A DNA stretch of 63,573 bases, filler included, from Stramenopiles sp. TOSAG23-2 (lineage: Eukaryota), in the NCBI GenBank assembly GCA_900128395.1. It is 12 parts of 12 records of this genome, joined end to end, with 100 filler letters (N's around TTAATTAATTAA, not from the genome) between each part and the next. Parts side by side here need not be neighbours in the genome. Positions count along the whole stretch, not along the records: positions 28,350 to 33,910 come from LT650639.1; positions 34,011 to 39,570 come from LT650640.1; positions 39,671 to 45,230 come from LT650641.1; 9 more parts are not named here. One strand, written 5' to 3'. The position numbers and the translations under genes were made by a program. A model generated the notes under the pieces. That model was not told where the DNA came from. It saw only the letters and a program-made list of their open reading frames with translations, and ran no database searches. Positions 30,842-43,288 of this stretch are shown here, one piece after another. The stretch's first letter is position 1, and each line of letters begins with the position of its first letter.

Positions 30842-31349
30842 AAGGAACAATATTATATAATTTTACGATGGTTAAAATATATTATATATATATACGTCGT
30901 ATATATTATATATATGTATTAATATATGTATTATCATATTTCAAAAAAAGTGTTGTCCACAATATGATATGTACGAGCAAACAGAGCGGTAAAAATTTAA
31001 TCTCTTGAGCATAGTAAAATATTTGCATGAACCACGTTTTTGTGTGAAAGAGTAGTATAATATATTAAAGTAAATACTCTGAGAATAAAAAAATATTTTT
31101 ATATGATATTTAAAATTTTAAAAAATATACGAGTATACGAATAAAAAATACGAGTATAATTTTTGATGAGAGAGAAATATCATCTTCATTAAATTTTTTT
31201 ATACGACGTTCGTATATATATCATATACGAGTATATATATATATATATATTCTCCTCTCTTTTTACGAACTTCGTCTTCGTACGTAATTCGTACGTAATT
31301 CGTACTTCGTATATATTCTCTTTTCTAAACGAAGTATAATTTTTTTTTT

Positions 31350-33398
31350 TTAATACAAATTTTTAAATAATTTTTCAACATTGGCCAACTTATCTTCCTC
31401 CTCTTCTTCTTCTTCTTCTTCTCCTGCTTGATCTTCATGTGTAATACCATTTGCTAAATCTAGTTCCAAATTTTTACGCTCAACTTCCTCTAATTCATCT
31501 CTGGCTAATTGAATTTGTCGTTGCAATTCTCGAATTTTATGCCTATTTTCATTTGCATCAGATAAAACACGTTGACTTAATTCATATTCTCCATTATCAT
31601 TTGCAATTTTTTTCCTACCCCTTGGACCTCTTTTTTGGCTAAATTCAGGCCTTTCTACTTTACTGTTAGCATCACTAATGCGATGCAGCATCATTGTTTG
31701 ATCATTATTACCGCAATGTTTTTCATTTATATTGTCAATATCATGATCAAATTCTTCATTATTAAGGCGATCCATTATAGCTGCTTCTTCAATTTTATTT
31801 CCACGATGTTGTTTCAATGGTAAAATAGGTTTACGCCTTGGTGGAATTGTCAACAACGGTGATTGGCCATTTAATTTTTTACCATAAAATTCAAAATCAT
31901 GCCCTGTAACAGGTTCTGGATTTGGCTTTAAGTTTTGTTTTGTGATTGGCTTTTCCCAAGGCCTTTTATATCCTCTTGGAAAATCCCATTCAACAATTGG
32001 TTTATATTTAAAATTTGATAGACGTTTTCCAGCCTTTACAGATCCTTTTAAAGGGTGATCCACTGCAAAAAATTCAGCAGCTGATTTATGTGAATCTATT
32101 TTTCTTTGCTCTCTCAACCTACTAAAGTTTGTCTTTCGACGTCTTGGAAATGTACTATTTAATAGAGATTGGTCACTTTTGCTATGCTTCTTCTTATTAC
32201 GACGACGAAGCGAGTTTTTGATTGGAGATGGTTTGAAACGATTTTGTTTCTTATTACGTTTGTTTTTTCTCTTTCTATGAGTGAAATTGGCATTCTGGTG
32301 ATTTACATTGTCATTATGATAATAATTATCATTCATATTCATCGCTGCCATATTTATTCCATCCATCATCATTAAATCAGCATTATTATTATATGCATAA
32401 AATGCTTCTTCATCTAATAAATGTTGTGGTGGTATTTGTTCTTCTGGTGTATATGGTAAATCTGGTGTATATGCATTTCCAGTTCTTTTACTACTATTAG
32501 CACTATACATATTATTGTACAAAATATTTCCATCATCATCATACACCGATGAATTTGGCGTAGATCCAATTGCTGCATTTGCATATAATTCAGCCATTGG
32601 TGGTGTTTTAAATCTTGCAATAACATTTGCATCTTTTTGTAAAAATGGGTACATATTCAATAAATTTTCATCTCCCATATCTACTTGTTTTCGACGTTGA
32701 TGCGTTTGGTAATGATCATATTGATTATTTACATCTTCTTGTGGATCTATTTGGTTGTTGTATTTAATATCATCATGTAAATCCCTTTGTTTCTCTTCTT
32801 CATCATATTCACTATCAGATACACCTTCAAATTTTAAATACGTCAAAACACTATTTTTCCCTTTCTTCTTTTTTTTCTGGTTGCTATAGTTATTATTATT
32901 GGTTCTTTTTATATGTACAATATTATTATTTTTCTTAATACTTCTACGACCATGTCCTCTTACATTCGCATTCTCTGATCTTAAGGGAGATGACATCAAA
33001 TTTTGAAGTCCAAACATACCCATATTATCAGAACCAGCAACTTGACCTGTGCTTTCTACATACGACGGACGGTAAGATTGCAACATTGAAACAATACGAT
33101 CATTCGCACGTCTCCTTTCAACTTTAAAAGTTCGCTTTACATTTCTTTTTTCTCTACTTTCCAACAAATGCCAATATTCACTATCAACAAATGCTTCTCT
33201 ATCTTTCTCGCTTTTTCTTTCATGTTCTAAATAAGACAATAGCTCATCTCTAACTTTATGTTTCGTATGTAAATTCTTCTTTTTCTTTTTCTTTCTCTTT
33301 TTTCGTTTCTCATATTTTATTCTTGGACGAAGTACTGGTGAAGGACGATTATTGGTTATTCTTTGCCTTTTTTTCTTTTTCTTTCTTCTAATAGGCAT
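31350..33398 (-). CDS. Hypothetical basic, low-complexity protein with a C-terminal coiled coil
   Basis: 682-aa ORF with Lys/Arg tracts and an acidic tail; no family recognised. Confidence 0.65.
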   Translation of the reverse strand: MPIRRKKKKKRQRITNNRPSPVLRPRIKYEKRKKRKKKKKKNLHTKHKVRDELLSYLEHERKSEKDREAFVDSEYWHLLESREKRNVKRTFKVERRRANDRIVSMLQSYRPSYVESTGQVAGSDNMGMFGLQNLMSSPLRSENANVRGHGRRSIKKNNNIVHIKRTNNNNYSNQKKKKKGKNSVLTYLKFEGVSDSEYDEEEKQRDLHDDIKYNNQIDPQEDVNNQYDHYQTHQRRKQVDMGDENLLNMYPFLQKDANVIARFKTPPMAELYANAAIGSTPNSSVYDDDGNILYNNMYSANSSKRTGNAYTPDLPYTPEEQIPPQHLLDEEAFYAYNNNADLMMMDGINMAAMNMNDNYYHNDNVNHQNANFTHRKRKNKRNKKQNRFKPSPIKNSLRRRNKKKHSKSDQSLLNSTFPRRRKTNFSRLREQRKIDSHKSAAEFFAVDHPLKGSVKAGKRLSNFKYKPIVEWDFPRGYKRPWEKPITKQNLKPNPEPVTGHDFEFYGKKLNGQSPLLTIPPRRKPILPLKQHRGNKIEEAAIMDRLNNEEFDHDIDNINEKHCGNNDQTMMLHRISDANSKVERPEFSQKRGPRGRKKIANDNGEYELSQRVLSDANENRHKIRELQRQIQLARDELEEVERKNLELDLANGITHEDQAGEEEEEEEEEDKLANVEKLFKNLY

Positions 33399-33835
33399 GA
33401 TGGCTTGGTTTTCTTTCTCTTTTTTCGTTTCTCATATTATATACTTGGACGAAGTACTGGTGAAGGACGATTATTGGTTATTCTTTGCCTTTTTTTCTTT
33501 TTCTTTCTTCTAATAGGCATGATGGCTTGGGATGTATAAATAAATCTTCTGATCTATGGTCATGTATCATTTATCACTCACTATCTATCATATATATATA
33601 TATATATATCCCCTACATTAGTTGTTACGTCACAAGGGTCCTCATTTTAAGGATTATTAACATAAAGTGGTTTAAATTGTTTCTAGTATAAATAGTAATA
33701 CTGTTAAAGTATTAAACTTGACCTATCTATATGACTAGTGGAGGTAGAGAGAGACGTACTAATTGGGAGTCTGTAACTTTAATTCGGATATACCTTAATA
33801 TTACATGGACACAGCAGGGTCTACGAATTGGATAT

Positions 33836-33910
33836 TTCGATTTCTCTCAGGTACACAGCAGGCGATATTTCTCCGAATTTTCCCAGGTACACAGCAGGCG
33901 ATATTTCTCC
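33836..33910. repeat. ~36-bp tandem repeat at a contig end
   Basis: CAGGTACACAGCAGGCGATATTTCTCC occurs twice, immediately before the gap. Confidence 0.6.
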
Positions 33911-34374
33911 NNNNNNNNNNNNNNNNNNNNNNNNNNNNNNNNNNNNNNNNNNNNTTAATTAATTAANNNNNNNNNNNNNNNNNNNNNNNNNNNNNNNNNN
34001 NNNNNNNNNNAAATCATTAATTTTCTTCACTAAGTTCGTCACAATATCTTCTGCTGTAATACACACCGTCCGTCCAAAAACATATGCGATTGGTTGCTTT
34101 TTACGCCATCCCAAGGCTAATATATATACCGTTAAAATTTATATTAAACATCCGCGGTACAATTCTCCTTCGTGGTACGGACTTCGTATACGTACATCGT
34201 ATTATAATTATCATTAGATATATACGAATATATTTCTCTCGTGTATAGTTTTATATTTAGATTCTACTCTCATGATACATAACATTGTCATAAAATTCAA
34301 TAACTTTTTCAATGCCTTTTGCTGCATCACTGACATAACGTACGAATATATTTCTCTCGTGTATAGTTTTATAT

Positions 34375-36165
34375 TTAGATTCTACTCTCATGATACATAA
34401 CATTGTCATAAAATTCAATAACTTTTTCAATGCCTTTTGCTGCATCACTGACATAACGATCGACATAAAAACCAGTACTATCAAAATGCATCACTGGACC
34501 ATCAGCAGATGTTGCTGATATATTTTCCTTACTCCATGGTAACCATTCAACATCAATTCCACCACCTTTGTTTGGATTACCAGTATGAATAAAATTAATC
34601 AATGGATTAATAATTTTTTGGCTAAAATCTTGACCTCGTGGATTTACTTGCCCATTACCAAATGTTAGAGCAACTTCCCATCCATGAAAAGCATTTTTAT
34701 TTTTGAATCCGTCATAGCGATATGCATATGTATTATTACCATTATGCTTTGCTTGCCTTGCAGCAACACTAACTGTTGTAGAATTGAACGACATATCTGA
34801 ACACAATCGATTCCATATATGTTGCGGTGTACCTTGTTTAGCTGCACCACTTGTATTTTCTTCAGCAATTTTATAAGTTTCAACTAACTCTTCTGCAACT
34901 TGTTTAGGAGTTTTTCCATTGTAATTTTTCTGAAGTCTTCCAAGCGGTCGAAATGAAAATTCACATCTACGTACAATATCATTCATCGTATTAACTTTTG
35001 ATCCATATGTGAAATTGCCAGATATTTCTGGATCTGAACGATCTGCAAGAAATCCATTTTCTTCACGATTTGAACCCACTATTATATCCAAATGCTTTGC
35101 ACTACCATTGGCAATTAAATCAAATGCATGTGCTGGTAATAATTCATCATCTACCATTGGCGAGTAATTGTCTAAATAATAGATTTTTCCTTGATTTTTG
35201 ATTAATTCAGTTTTTGGAGCATTTCCATGGTAATGATACGTATCATTACCAACTGGTTGATTGTTATTTATCGGTAAATCTAAATGTGCTAATTTTGGAC
35301 CACCCCAACCAAATGTTGAAAAGGAAATGTTATACTTTAAATGATCAGGAAATTTATTATGTTGATTTGTTTGAGTTTTAAAGATTAAATCTGCACTGAT
35401 ATTTCGCAGTTCTTCAATAGTTCCATTTTCATTACCTAATACACTATGTAAAAATTGTTTGCTTTTCAATTGTACAGTTCGTTTATCATCAATCGTGTAC
35501 GGTGCTGACATGATATATGCACGATGAAATAATTTATTTGCAATTGGAGATGCAACTAGACACATTGAGCTGCCACCACCAGCACTTTCACCAGCAATTG
35601 TTATGCGTGTTGCATCTCCATGGAATTTTTGGATATTTCGATGTACCCATTTTAATGCTTCAACTTGATCCCATAAACCACAATTTGGATCGGTCGATGC
35701 ATCATCAAAATAGGAGAAACCAAGCGCACCAAGTCGATAATTAATTGATACAACAATCGTCCCATCCCCTTCCGATGCTAAACGTTTCCCATCATACATA
35801 GGTTCACTACCACTGCCCGTTAACCACCCCCCACCATGAATCCAAAAGAAAATTGGAAATGGACCATTTCCTTTTGAAGCAGGTGGTGTCCATATATTTA
35901 AATGTAAACAATCTTCATTATAAGTAAGCGTATTATCATTTGGATCTGACGGCTGCAACGATGCAGCACGATGTTTACTGCAATTTAATACCGTTGGTCC
36001 CCAACCACTATGCTCCACCGGCTTTCTAAACCGTAAATTTCCAGTAGGAGGCGCTGCAAATGGTATACCTAAATATTCACAACTCCCATCTGCTTGCGAC
36101 ACGTTGCCTTTAATAGGACCTTTATCTGTTTCTATAATTTTATTATTTATTGAAACTTTTGACAT
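34375..36165 (-). CDS. Type-B carboxylesterase/lipase (COesterase)
   Basis: LGIPFAAPP.G.LRF, EDCLHLNIWTP, WIHGGG, NYRLG, GESAGG nucleophile elbow, catalytic Glu (NREE) and His (AFHG). Ends in SRI. Confidence 0.93.
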   Translation of the reverse strand: MSKVSINNKIIETDKGPIKGNVSQADGSCEYLGIPFAAPPTGNLRFRKPVEHSGWGPTVLNCSKHRAASLQPSDPNDNTLTYNEDCLHLNIWTPPASKGNGPFPIFFWIHGGGWLTGSGSEPMYDGKRLASEGDGTIVVSINYRLGALGFSYFDDASTDPNCGLWDQVEALKWVHRNIQKFHGDATRITIAGESAGGGSSMCLVASPIANKLFHRAYIMSAPYTIDDKRTVQLKSKQFLHSVLGNENGTIEELRNISADLIFKTQTNQHNKFPDHLKYNISFSTFGWGGPKLAHLDLPINNNQPVGNDTYHYHGNAPKTELIKNQGKIYYLDNYSPMVDDELLPAHAFDLIANGSAKHLDIIVGSNREENGFLADRSDPEISGNFTYGSKVNTMNDIVRRCEFSFRPLGRLQKNYNGKTPKQVAEELVETYKIAEENTSGAAKQGTPQHIWNRLCSDMSFNSTTVSVAARQAKHNGNNTYAYRYDGFKNKNAFHGWEVALTFGNGQVNPRGQDFSQKIINPLINFIHTGNPNKGGGIDVEWLPWSKENISATSADGPVMHFDSTGFYVDRYVSDAAKGIEKVIEFYDNVMYHESRI

Positions 36166-37101
36166 GGTTGAAGTATTTATATATATATATATATTTCAAA
36201 TAGAATGTATATATTTTTTTCTATTTATTTTCTGTTACTGTATTAAATGTCTTTTTCTCTTATTATTATCACACTATACTACGTAATATTATTTATAAAT
36301 TACATAAAATGATATACACAGTAAATTTATATTTCCTTTCATTCATCAAACGATTTTAAAAGAAACTTTATAAGTTTTAAGTTCAAGCAGATATTTATTA
36401 TATATAATACTTGTAGTATATGTTGCATATCTATTATATATAAGCACATAATGCATAATAGAAGAAGAGCTTTTTTTAGGAGGAGGTTGGACGATATGAT
36501 ACTGTATTAGTATAATAATACTATTACTATATAAGTATATGGTTATGGTTGCTTGATGATGAAGCAACTTAATAGTACTCTATTACCTTATACTGTATGC
36601 CTGGTATGCTCCTATGAAAAAATAATAAGATATACCGGCCACATCCGGCCATCATAGATCTAGTATTACATAGTACTTACGCACTTACCAGCTTACCAGC
36701 TTACGAGGAGGACGCGCGTCCTCGTATAGCTACCACCGGTATTGTGAGACACCACCTTCACACGTGTTTTGGGTTAAACTTTATATCTATATATCTATTG
36801 TATATATCACAAGACAAACACAATTTATGATATAATTCATGTATCATAATATCATTGTACAGTACCCAACTAAATAAGAAAGAAACCATTATATCCACTC
36901 CACTATATCTATCACTATATATACATGTCGATACAAAAAGAAACCCATATGGTATGTGCATGCTAATGCTACAGACTTTTTCTTAGTCCTCGTATAGATT
37001 AAGATACTATAATATATAAGATAAGGTTAAGGTGGTAATAATAAAAGCGGTAGTAAGCTTAAGCTAAAAAAAAACACTAAAACAACACTTATTTATTATT
37101 A

Positions 37102-39420
37102 CTCGATTTGCACCTCCGAGGACGTTCCAAAATATGGCCGATAGCCATAGTATTCCCATGCATTTTTGAAAAGTTTTAGATTAACAGCATCACACCAGTA
37201 TCGTCCAAAATATGGCCGATGAACTAGTTTGTAATTTTATTTTTTCCTATGGTTTCCTTAAAATTTACTTCCGGTTATTTAAAATATATTTGAACATTTT
37301 GGGGGGTCAACAATGCTTCATCCTATCACTTATGACAAATACGACATGTAATTTCTATTATATAGTATTAAATTATGTCGCACATTCCAATGGTAGTCTA
37401 AGATCTACTGTATTATAAGAACTATCTCAAATAAATTAGGATATTTATGTAAAATAATTAAGAGCAATTCCATTTTTTTTGAATTGCCAAGCTTGTCCGG
37501 CCATATTTTGGATGCAGTTTTACCTGCTAGGGACATTTGTTATGCTTGTAGAATACATTCACAGTAAAAAATAGCAAATTAGAAATCAACACTTTTTTGC
37601 TGTAATTAGAATGTTCAATTACATACAAATAGGATTAAGCTACTATTAACAAACATCCGAGGATTGACAATCAATGAAAATTTGAAACATTATCATTTTC
37701 ATTGTTGTTAGTTATACCTTTTTTTTAAAAATAAAGTTGTCTTTGGTTCTTTTTCGAAAATAAAATATAATGGATATTAGTACTAGATACAATGGAACTT
37801 TTTTAAGGCAAGAATACTTTAAAAGGTCATTTTGTTGGTCCAAAATATGGCCGATGCCCTGTATTGTGCCTATGTATTCAATGTTAGACTTTCCCTTTTT
37901 TTATTGGCAATTTTTCAAGAAGAATATCCGCATCTAATTTTTTAAGAAAAATCCTCTTTACAATTAGCATAGCTATTATATTGAGGTGTATCGTCCATAT
38001 TTTGGATGATGGCATAAACCTCAATTATATTCAATGTAATTTGTGGGATACAGGCAAATAGCATTAATTTCTTATTTTTAAAATAAAATCCACTTTTATT
38101 GTCTCTTAATTATTTTAGACTAGGACAATTGCAAAAACAACACGAAACAAAAATTAATAAGGTATAATTACATACAATGCTGTTTCCATGCTATTGAAAA
38201 ATTTTGGGCCGAGAGAAAAATTGCTTCCTGTACAAGATACTCTACATATCACCAAAAAGTCAACTTTCATATGAATTATACAACTGTGCACAAAATATCT
38301 CACAAAAACTATTTCTTTGACATTGGTCCCCCAGTTTTTCTATAAGTTGCTTTGTTAGATATGTAAAAATACAAAAACTAAGAATCTGGGATTTAAATTT
38401 GAATTTTAAAACATAAATCAGACAACTGATGTACGTGAGGCAGCCAAAATCAATTTTTTTATGTGAAATAGCATACATATAGCATTACAGGGATGAGCGA
38501 AACATTTAGGCTGGAAATAATACTGAACCTAATCGCTAAAGTATATGTTAGAATATAGTTGGAAACATTTATAAATGGTATATATACTTTCATTAAACAT
38601 AAATCTCATAAATGTTGAACGCAGTAAACTATTTTGATGACAATATGTGTTTATAAAAGGTCCGTTACATATGTTGGTTTACAGTGTAAATAGCACTATC
38701 CATGCTATATATATGGTAAATATAGCATGTAAATAGTATTGTTCAAAAATTAACGTTGGTAAAGATATAAAAAACAAATGCAAATACTATGCTAATGTTT
38801 GTCACGTTAGCAAATTAACATTACAAATATTTAATACAGATATAAATGTTTAATAAATGTACTTATATTTATTATTGATTTACTTTACATATGTTTAAAT
38901 GTATGTATATATGTGTATGTGCATATACTTTGTATTTCTTGGTTATTTAAATTAGGAATTGATAAATATGGCATAATTGGTAATTAGTAAATTTATTCAC
39001 ACTACTATACAAAGCAAAACTAGTAACTATTATTTGCCTATATATTTATACTGAAAATATTTCTATCCATATGGAAGTTTTCTTTAGGATTGCGGGATAT
39101 TTTTGTACTTAATATTACAATTAGTATTTGTAGTCACTATATTTCCTATCATGAATTTTTATCGATGATGGGAAAAAAATGATTACATGGAGATATCATT
39201 ACTAAAAAGTCTTTGAATCTTGTTAATACTACATGTACACACCATTAAAAAATTCACGTCCGGCCATATTTTGGATGATCATCCAAAAAATGGCCGATGA
39301 AGAAGGCATCGGCCATATTTTGGAACATGGTAGTGCTATTTCTATGTATTAAAAACAGACCAAAAGTTTTCAAAATAGGAGTGGAAAAAGCATCGGCCAT
39401 ATTTTGGATTGCAAATCGAG
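37102..39420. mobile_element. Non-autonomous DNA transposon (~2.3 kb) with 11-bp TIRs and subterminal 17-bp motifs
   Basis: CTCGATTTGCA (37102) and TGCAAATCGAG (ending 39420), each flanked by TATTATTA. About nine copies of TCCAAAATATGGCCGAT in both orientations. No long ORF. Confidence 0.75.
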
Positions 39421-39670
39421 TATTATTATTTATTATTATTCCCTGCCCTGATGTTTATGTGTGTAGGGGTTTCAACTGGAAAAAGGTACAATAATAAAAT
39501 TGTTAGAAATATGAAAAAATTAAGTAAATGAATAAAATTTATTTTAAGTATATATATCAGTACAAGTCTCNNNNNNNNNNNNNNNNNNNNNNNNNNNNNN
39601 NNNNNNNNNNNNNNTTAATTAATTAANNNNNNNNNNNNNNNNNNNNNNNNNNNNNNNNNNNNNNNNNNNN

Positions 39671-41475
39671 GGTTTGGAACAAACGAAAGAGCTGTTCCCA
39701 ACGATAGATACAAGTTCACGTAAAAAATATTCATTAGGTAGTAAATTTAGGAAACAATTGCGTCAATTAATGAATTTATTAGAAGGCACGGAGCCAAATT
39801 ATATTCGCTGTATTAAACCTAATGATGTAAAAGCAGCATGTGGGGAGAAAGGTTGCTGCGATGCGAAAATGGTATTAGAGCAACTACGTTGCAGTGGTGT
39901 CTTTGAAGCATGTCAAATACGAAAAGCAGGATTTCCGTTCCGTAAACAATATGGTAAATTTGTTGAGCAATTTAAATGTTTAAAATTAAGTGCAGATGGT
40001 GTATGGACTAAATTTAATGCACCAAAAAGCAATGCAAAAGCACAAGCAGAGGAAATATTGGAATATACAAAGCAAGATTTTTCAGCAATACAACGTGGAA
40101 AAACATCATTTTTATATAAATCAAAGGAACATAAATTATTGGGATTGTTGAAAAATTTAGCATTGGAAAGAGTTGCAGCTCGGATTCAAGCAGCTGCTCG
40201 TGGTTACATAGTTAGAACTGGTTATTTGCCAAAAATTAAGCGAGCATTGCCATTATTACGCGACGCATTGAAAGATCCAACAATTGAAAAATTAGATAGC
40301 GCAATGGCGGAAGCAAGTCGAATTATGGGCGAATATGCTATAATGGGTGGTAACTTTGAAGATAGTGCTATTTTAAAAGTATGCAGGCGTTTAAGAAGTT
40401 CGTTAGTAGAATGGAATCGATTGGCTGCATTGTTTAAGCAAGCGCTTGAAATGGATTTATCTAAGGATGAACATTTTGAATTTTTATTTTCCGTCGTATC
40501 ACAAGCAGAGCGAATTGATGATTTAATACCGACGGATGCGCATGAAAAGCAATATAATGAAGCATTATCGCTCTTTAAAAATGGCGTGCGGATAAATTAG
40601 GTACCATGATTGATAGTGCAATGGTTGATATGGAACGAAACATTTTACGCAGTGTCTTTATTGAATGTTCTAGATTGCATTTCACGGAAGATAAGCGATT
40701 GCCTGAAATTCAAGAATTGTTAGGTATATCAGATGAAGAATTGTTGAAACGACAATATAAACGTGCTGTACAATTGAATAATGAAACCAGAGCAATTGAT
40801 AGGGAAATTAAATTGAAAGAATTTTATTTAGGTATGCATGGTGGTATTATGTCGTGGCAACAATTTCCGCAGTTACGGCAACCAGCTGAATTTGCAGCTG
40901 CAAAATTTTTGCCAATTGGACGAGCAGATGTTGCAGCTGGTATGTTGCGACATACGAAATCATTGTTGCCAACATCATTAACGCGCCTAGGCGATTGTAA
41001 AAAACAGGATGGTACGCCTGTTCAAGCGAAAGAAATGGTAAAACATGCTACACGTTCCTTTAAAGCATTGTTATGTTGGATGGGTGATCGAAAAAGCTCA
41101 CATCCAAAAGAATTAGTCGTTGAGATTTTAACAAAAGGTGTAGATTACCCAACATTACGTTCAGAAATATTTTTACAAATCATGAAACAATTAACAAACA
41201 ATCCAACACAATCTAGTATTGTACGAGGGTGGAATTTATTAGTCTTATGTTTAAAAACATTTAAACCATTGCCATCATTTGAAAATTATTTACACGTATT
41301 TATCCGTAAAGCAACTACAATAACGTATCAAGATAAAGTTTCATTATGTGCATCGATATATGAACGTGTATATAAAGGTGATCGTGAAGTTGCACCAGAT
41401 CCAGATGATTTAGAAGATATTATTGAATTGAAACATACAATTGATGAAGTGTATACACAACATATTGAAATTTAG
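39671..41475 (+). CDS. Unconventional myosin: end of motor domain + IQ + MyTH4 tail; 5' truncated, 1-nt frameshift at ~40580
   Basis: F..QL..LM..L..TEPNYIRCIKPN, QLRCSGVFEA..IRKAGFP, IQAAARGY and MyTH4 LRSEIFLQIMKQLTNNP...RGWNLL. One extra A in the A5 run at 40577-40581 joins the two ORFs. Confidence 0.88.
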
Positions 41476-41829
41476 TGTTGTGGGTGTGTCAATGTGTAAA
41501 ATGGATAGTATATAATATAGAATACTATACTATTATTTATACTTAAATATATGACTATCTATATATTTTACTATTTACATAGCAGCTAGCATTTGGAGCA
41601 TTGGATGTATCAGGTCCCAGCCTCATATATAATGCTGTGTTTATGTTATTCGTCAAAAGTACATTTTGAACGTTTCTTCGATGGAAGAAGAGTTACACAT
41701 AGTAGTATCCAAAATCCAATATGTGCATATATATCCAATATATATCATAAAATACAAAAGAGATATACAAACATACAATACATACAATACATATATATAA
41801 ATATAATAAAAGGAACAAGTGAAAATATA

Positions 41830-42355
41830 ATGGTAAGTAAATGATAATATGAAACATATGTATAGAAATACCCACTAAATTACTATATAGATGGTCATAT
41901 ATATATATATAATTGTTGAGATATTATTTGAACGAAATATAATGGTACATATATAAATTTATTACTAAAACGGGGTATTACCGTTGAATAAATAAGAAAA
42001 ATAAGTAACTAACAATATGACACATATCTTTCATATATTTACATCCATACAGGGTAAAAAAAAGAAGAAGGGTGGCAAGAAGAAGGGCAAGGGTGGTTTT
42101 AAATCAAAGGCACCACCTGAGCCAAAACCACTTAGTACAGTTAGACAAGCTGGGTTGTTATTATTTGATACAATGGCTTTGAACTTATTTACAGCTGCAG
42201 CGCCAGGATATACAACATTTTTAGCTGAAAAAGAAGCAGCAGAAAAAGCTGCAGCAGAGGCATTGAAACCAAAGAAAAAAGCAGGTGGCAAGAAGAAAGG
42301 TAAAAAAGGTAAAAAAGGAAAGAAAGGTGGCAAGAAAAAGAAGAAGAAGAAGTAA
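41830..42355 (+). CDS. Small lysine-rich protein; exon 1 codes only the ATG (41830-41832), exon 2 is 42053-42355
   Basis: ATG|GTAAGT donor, ACTAAC branch point at 42008-42013 and TACAG| acceptor, giving in-frame MGKKKK... Confidence 0.65.
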
Positions 42356-42574
42356 TTGCAAATATGTATAAAATAACCTATAACTGTCACGTATGAATAT
42401 AAAAATGCTAGTAATAGAGCACATAGCGTCAAATTGTCAAGAATACACCTCTAATATTTTAAAAAAATAAAAAATTGTAAAAAAAGAAAAAGAAAAAAAA
42501 GGAGGGAGAGAGGGATTCGAGTAAATATTACACGTAAAAAAATGTCTTGGCGAAGCGTAATATAAAATATTATA

Positions 42575-43288
42575 TTAGAATATATTATAGACTGTATAAC
42601 TTGTAAAAAATCCTAATACTAATACATCTTTAGCATTAACGATACCAGGATGTCGTTGTACTTTTTTCAAAGCACTAAAAGCGGTAAGACCTGAGCACAT
42701 GTAAACACAACCTAATCCTTCCGGTAATGCCCCTTCATAGTCGATTAAATAGCGATATGATGGTACTAATGAATGTGAACCATATCCTCCATAAATACTT
42801 TGACCCTGTTGTGAATTTTAAAAAATGTATCATATATATATAATATTCAATGTTAGACACATTGTTGATATACCAAGAGAAAAATGCAAAATATTACTTA
42901 CATCTACAAACTTTTTACTATCGCGTGATTGGCAATAATTGTATTTATCTTTTGTACGACAATGTACACAAGAGTCTTTCTCACATCCCAACCAAGGGAA
43001 GACTGCATATGATTTACCTTTCGTAAACATACCTTTTGGTACATCTGGTCCCATTGCAATAACTTCACCTTCAATTTCATGACCCAAGGTATGTGGTCTT
43101 GGTGTATTTAACGGCAATTTGTTACCACCTCCCGTATCAAAGTAACCTTCCCATAAATGAAGTTCACTATGACACATACCAGCATATGTGGTACGAACTA
43201 AAACTTCTTCTCCCATAGGTAAAGGTAAAGGTTGTTCAACTATTTGTAATGGTTCACCAAACTCTACAACCGCATGTGTACGTAACAT
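42575..43288 (-). pseudogene. Zinc-dependent alcohol dehydrogenase, two exons (43288-42902, 42805-42575), truncated at the NAD-binding motif
   Basis: GMCHSELH, LGHEIEGEV and the structural Cys cluster; GTAAGT...AACAG intron. Exon 2 reads ...MCSGLTAFSALKK...DVLVLG and then loses similarity and stops. Confidence 0.7.

Noticed and set aside
34257-34484. 75-aa ORF repeating the carboxylesterase C-terminus
   Set aside because: Created by the ~118-bp tandem duplication of the gene's 3' end.
37126-39408. Repeated 17-mer considered as a CRISPR array
   Set aside because: Repeats are too short, occur in both orientations with very irregular spacing, have no cas genes nearby, and sit in a eukaryotic context. 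A transposon explains them better.
40570-40610. Possible programmed frameshift or readthrough between the myosin motor and MyTH4 ORFs (and similarly in the Myb gene at ~14700)
   Set aside because: Both breaks sit in A homopolymers and are fixed by a 1-nt change. With no stimulatory structure visible, sequencing error is the simpler explanation.
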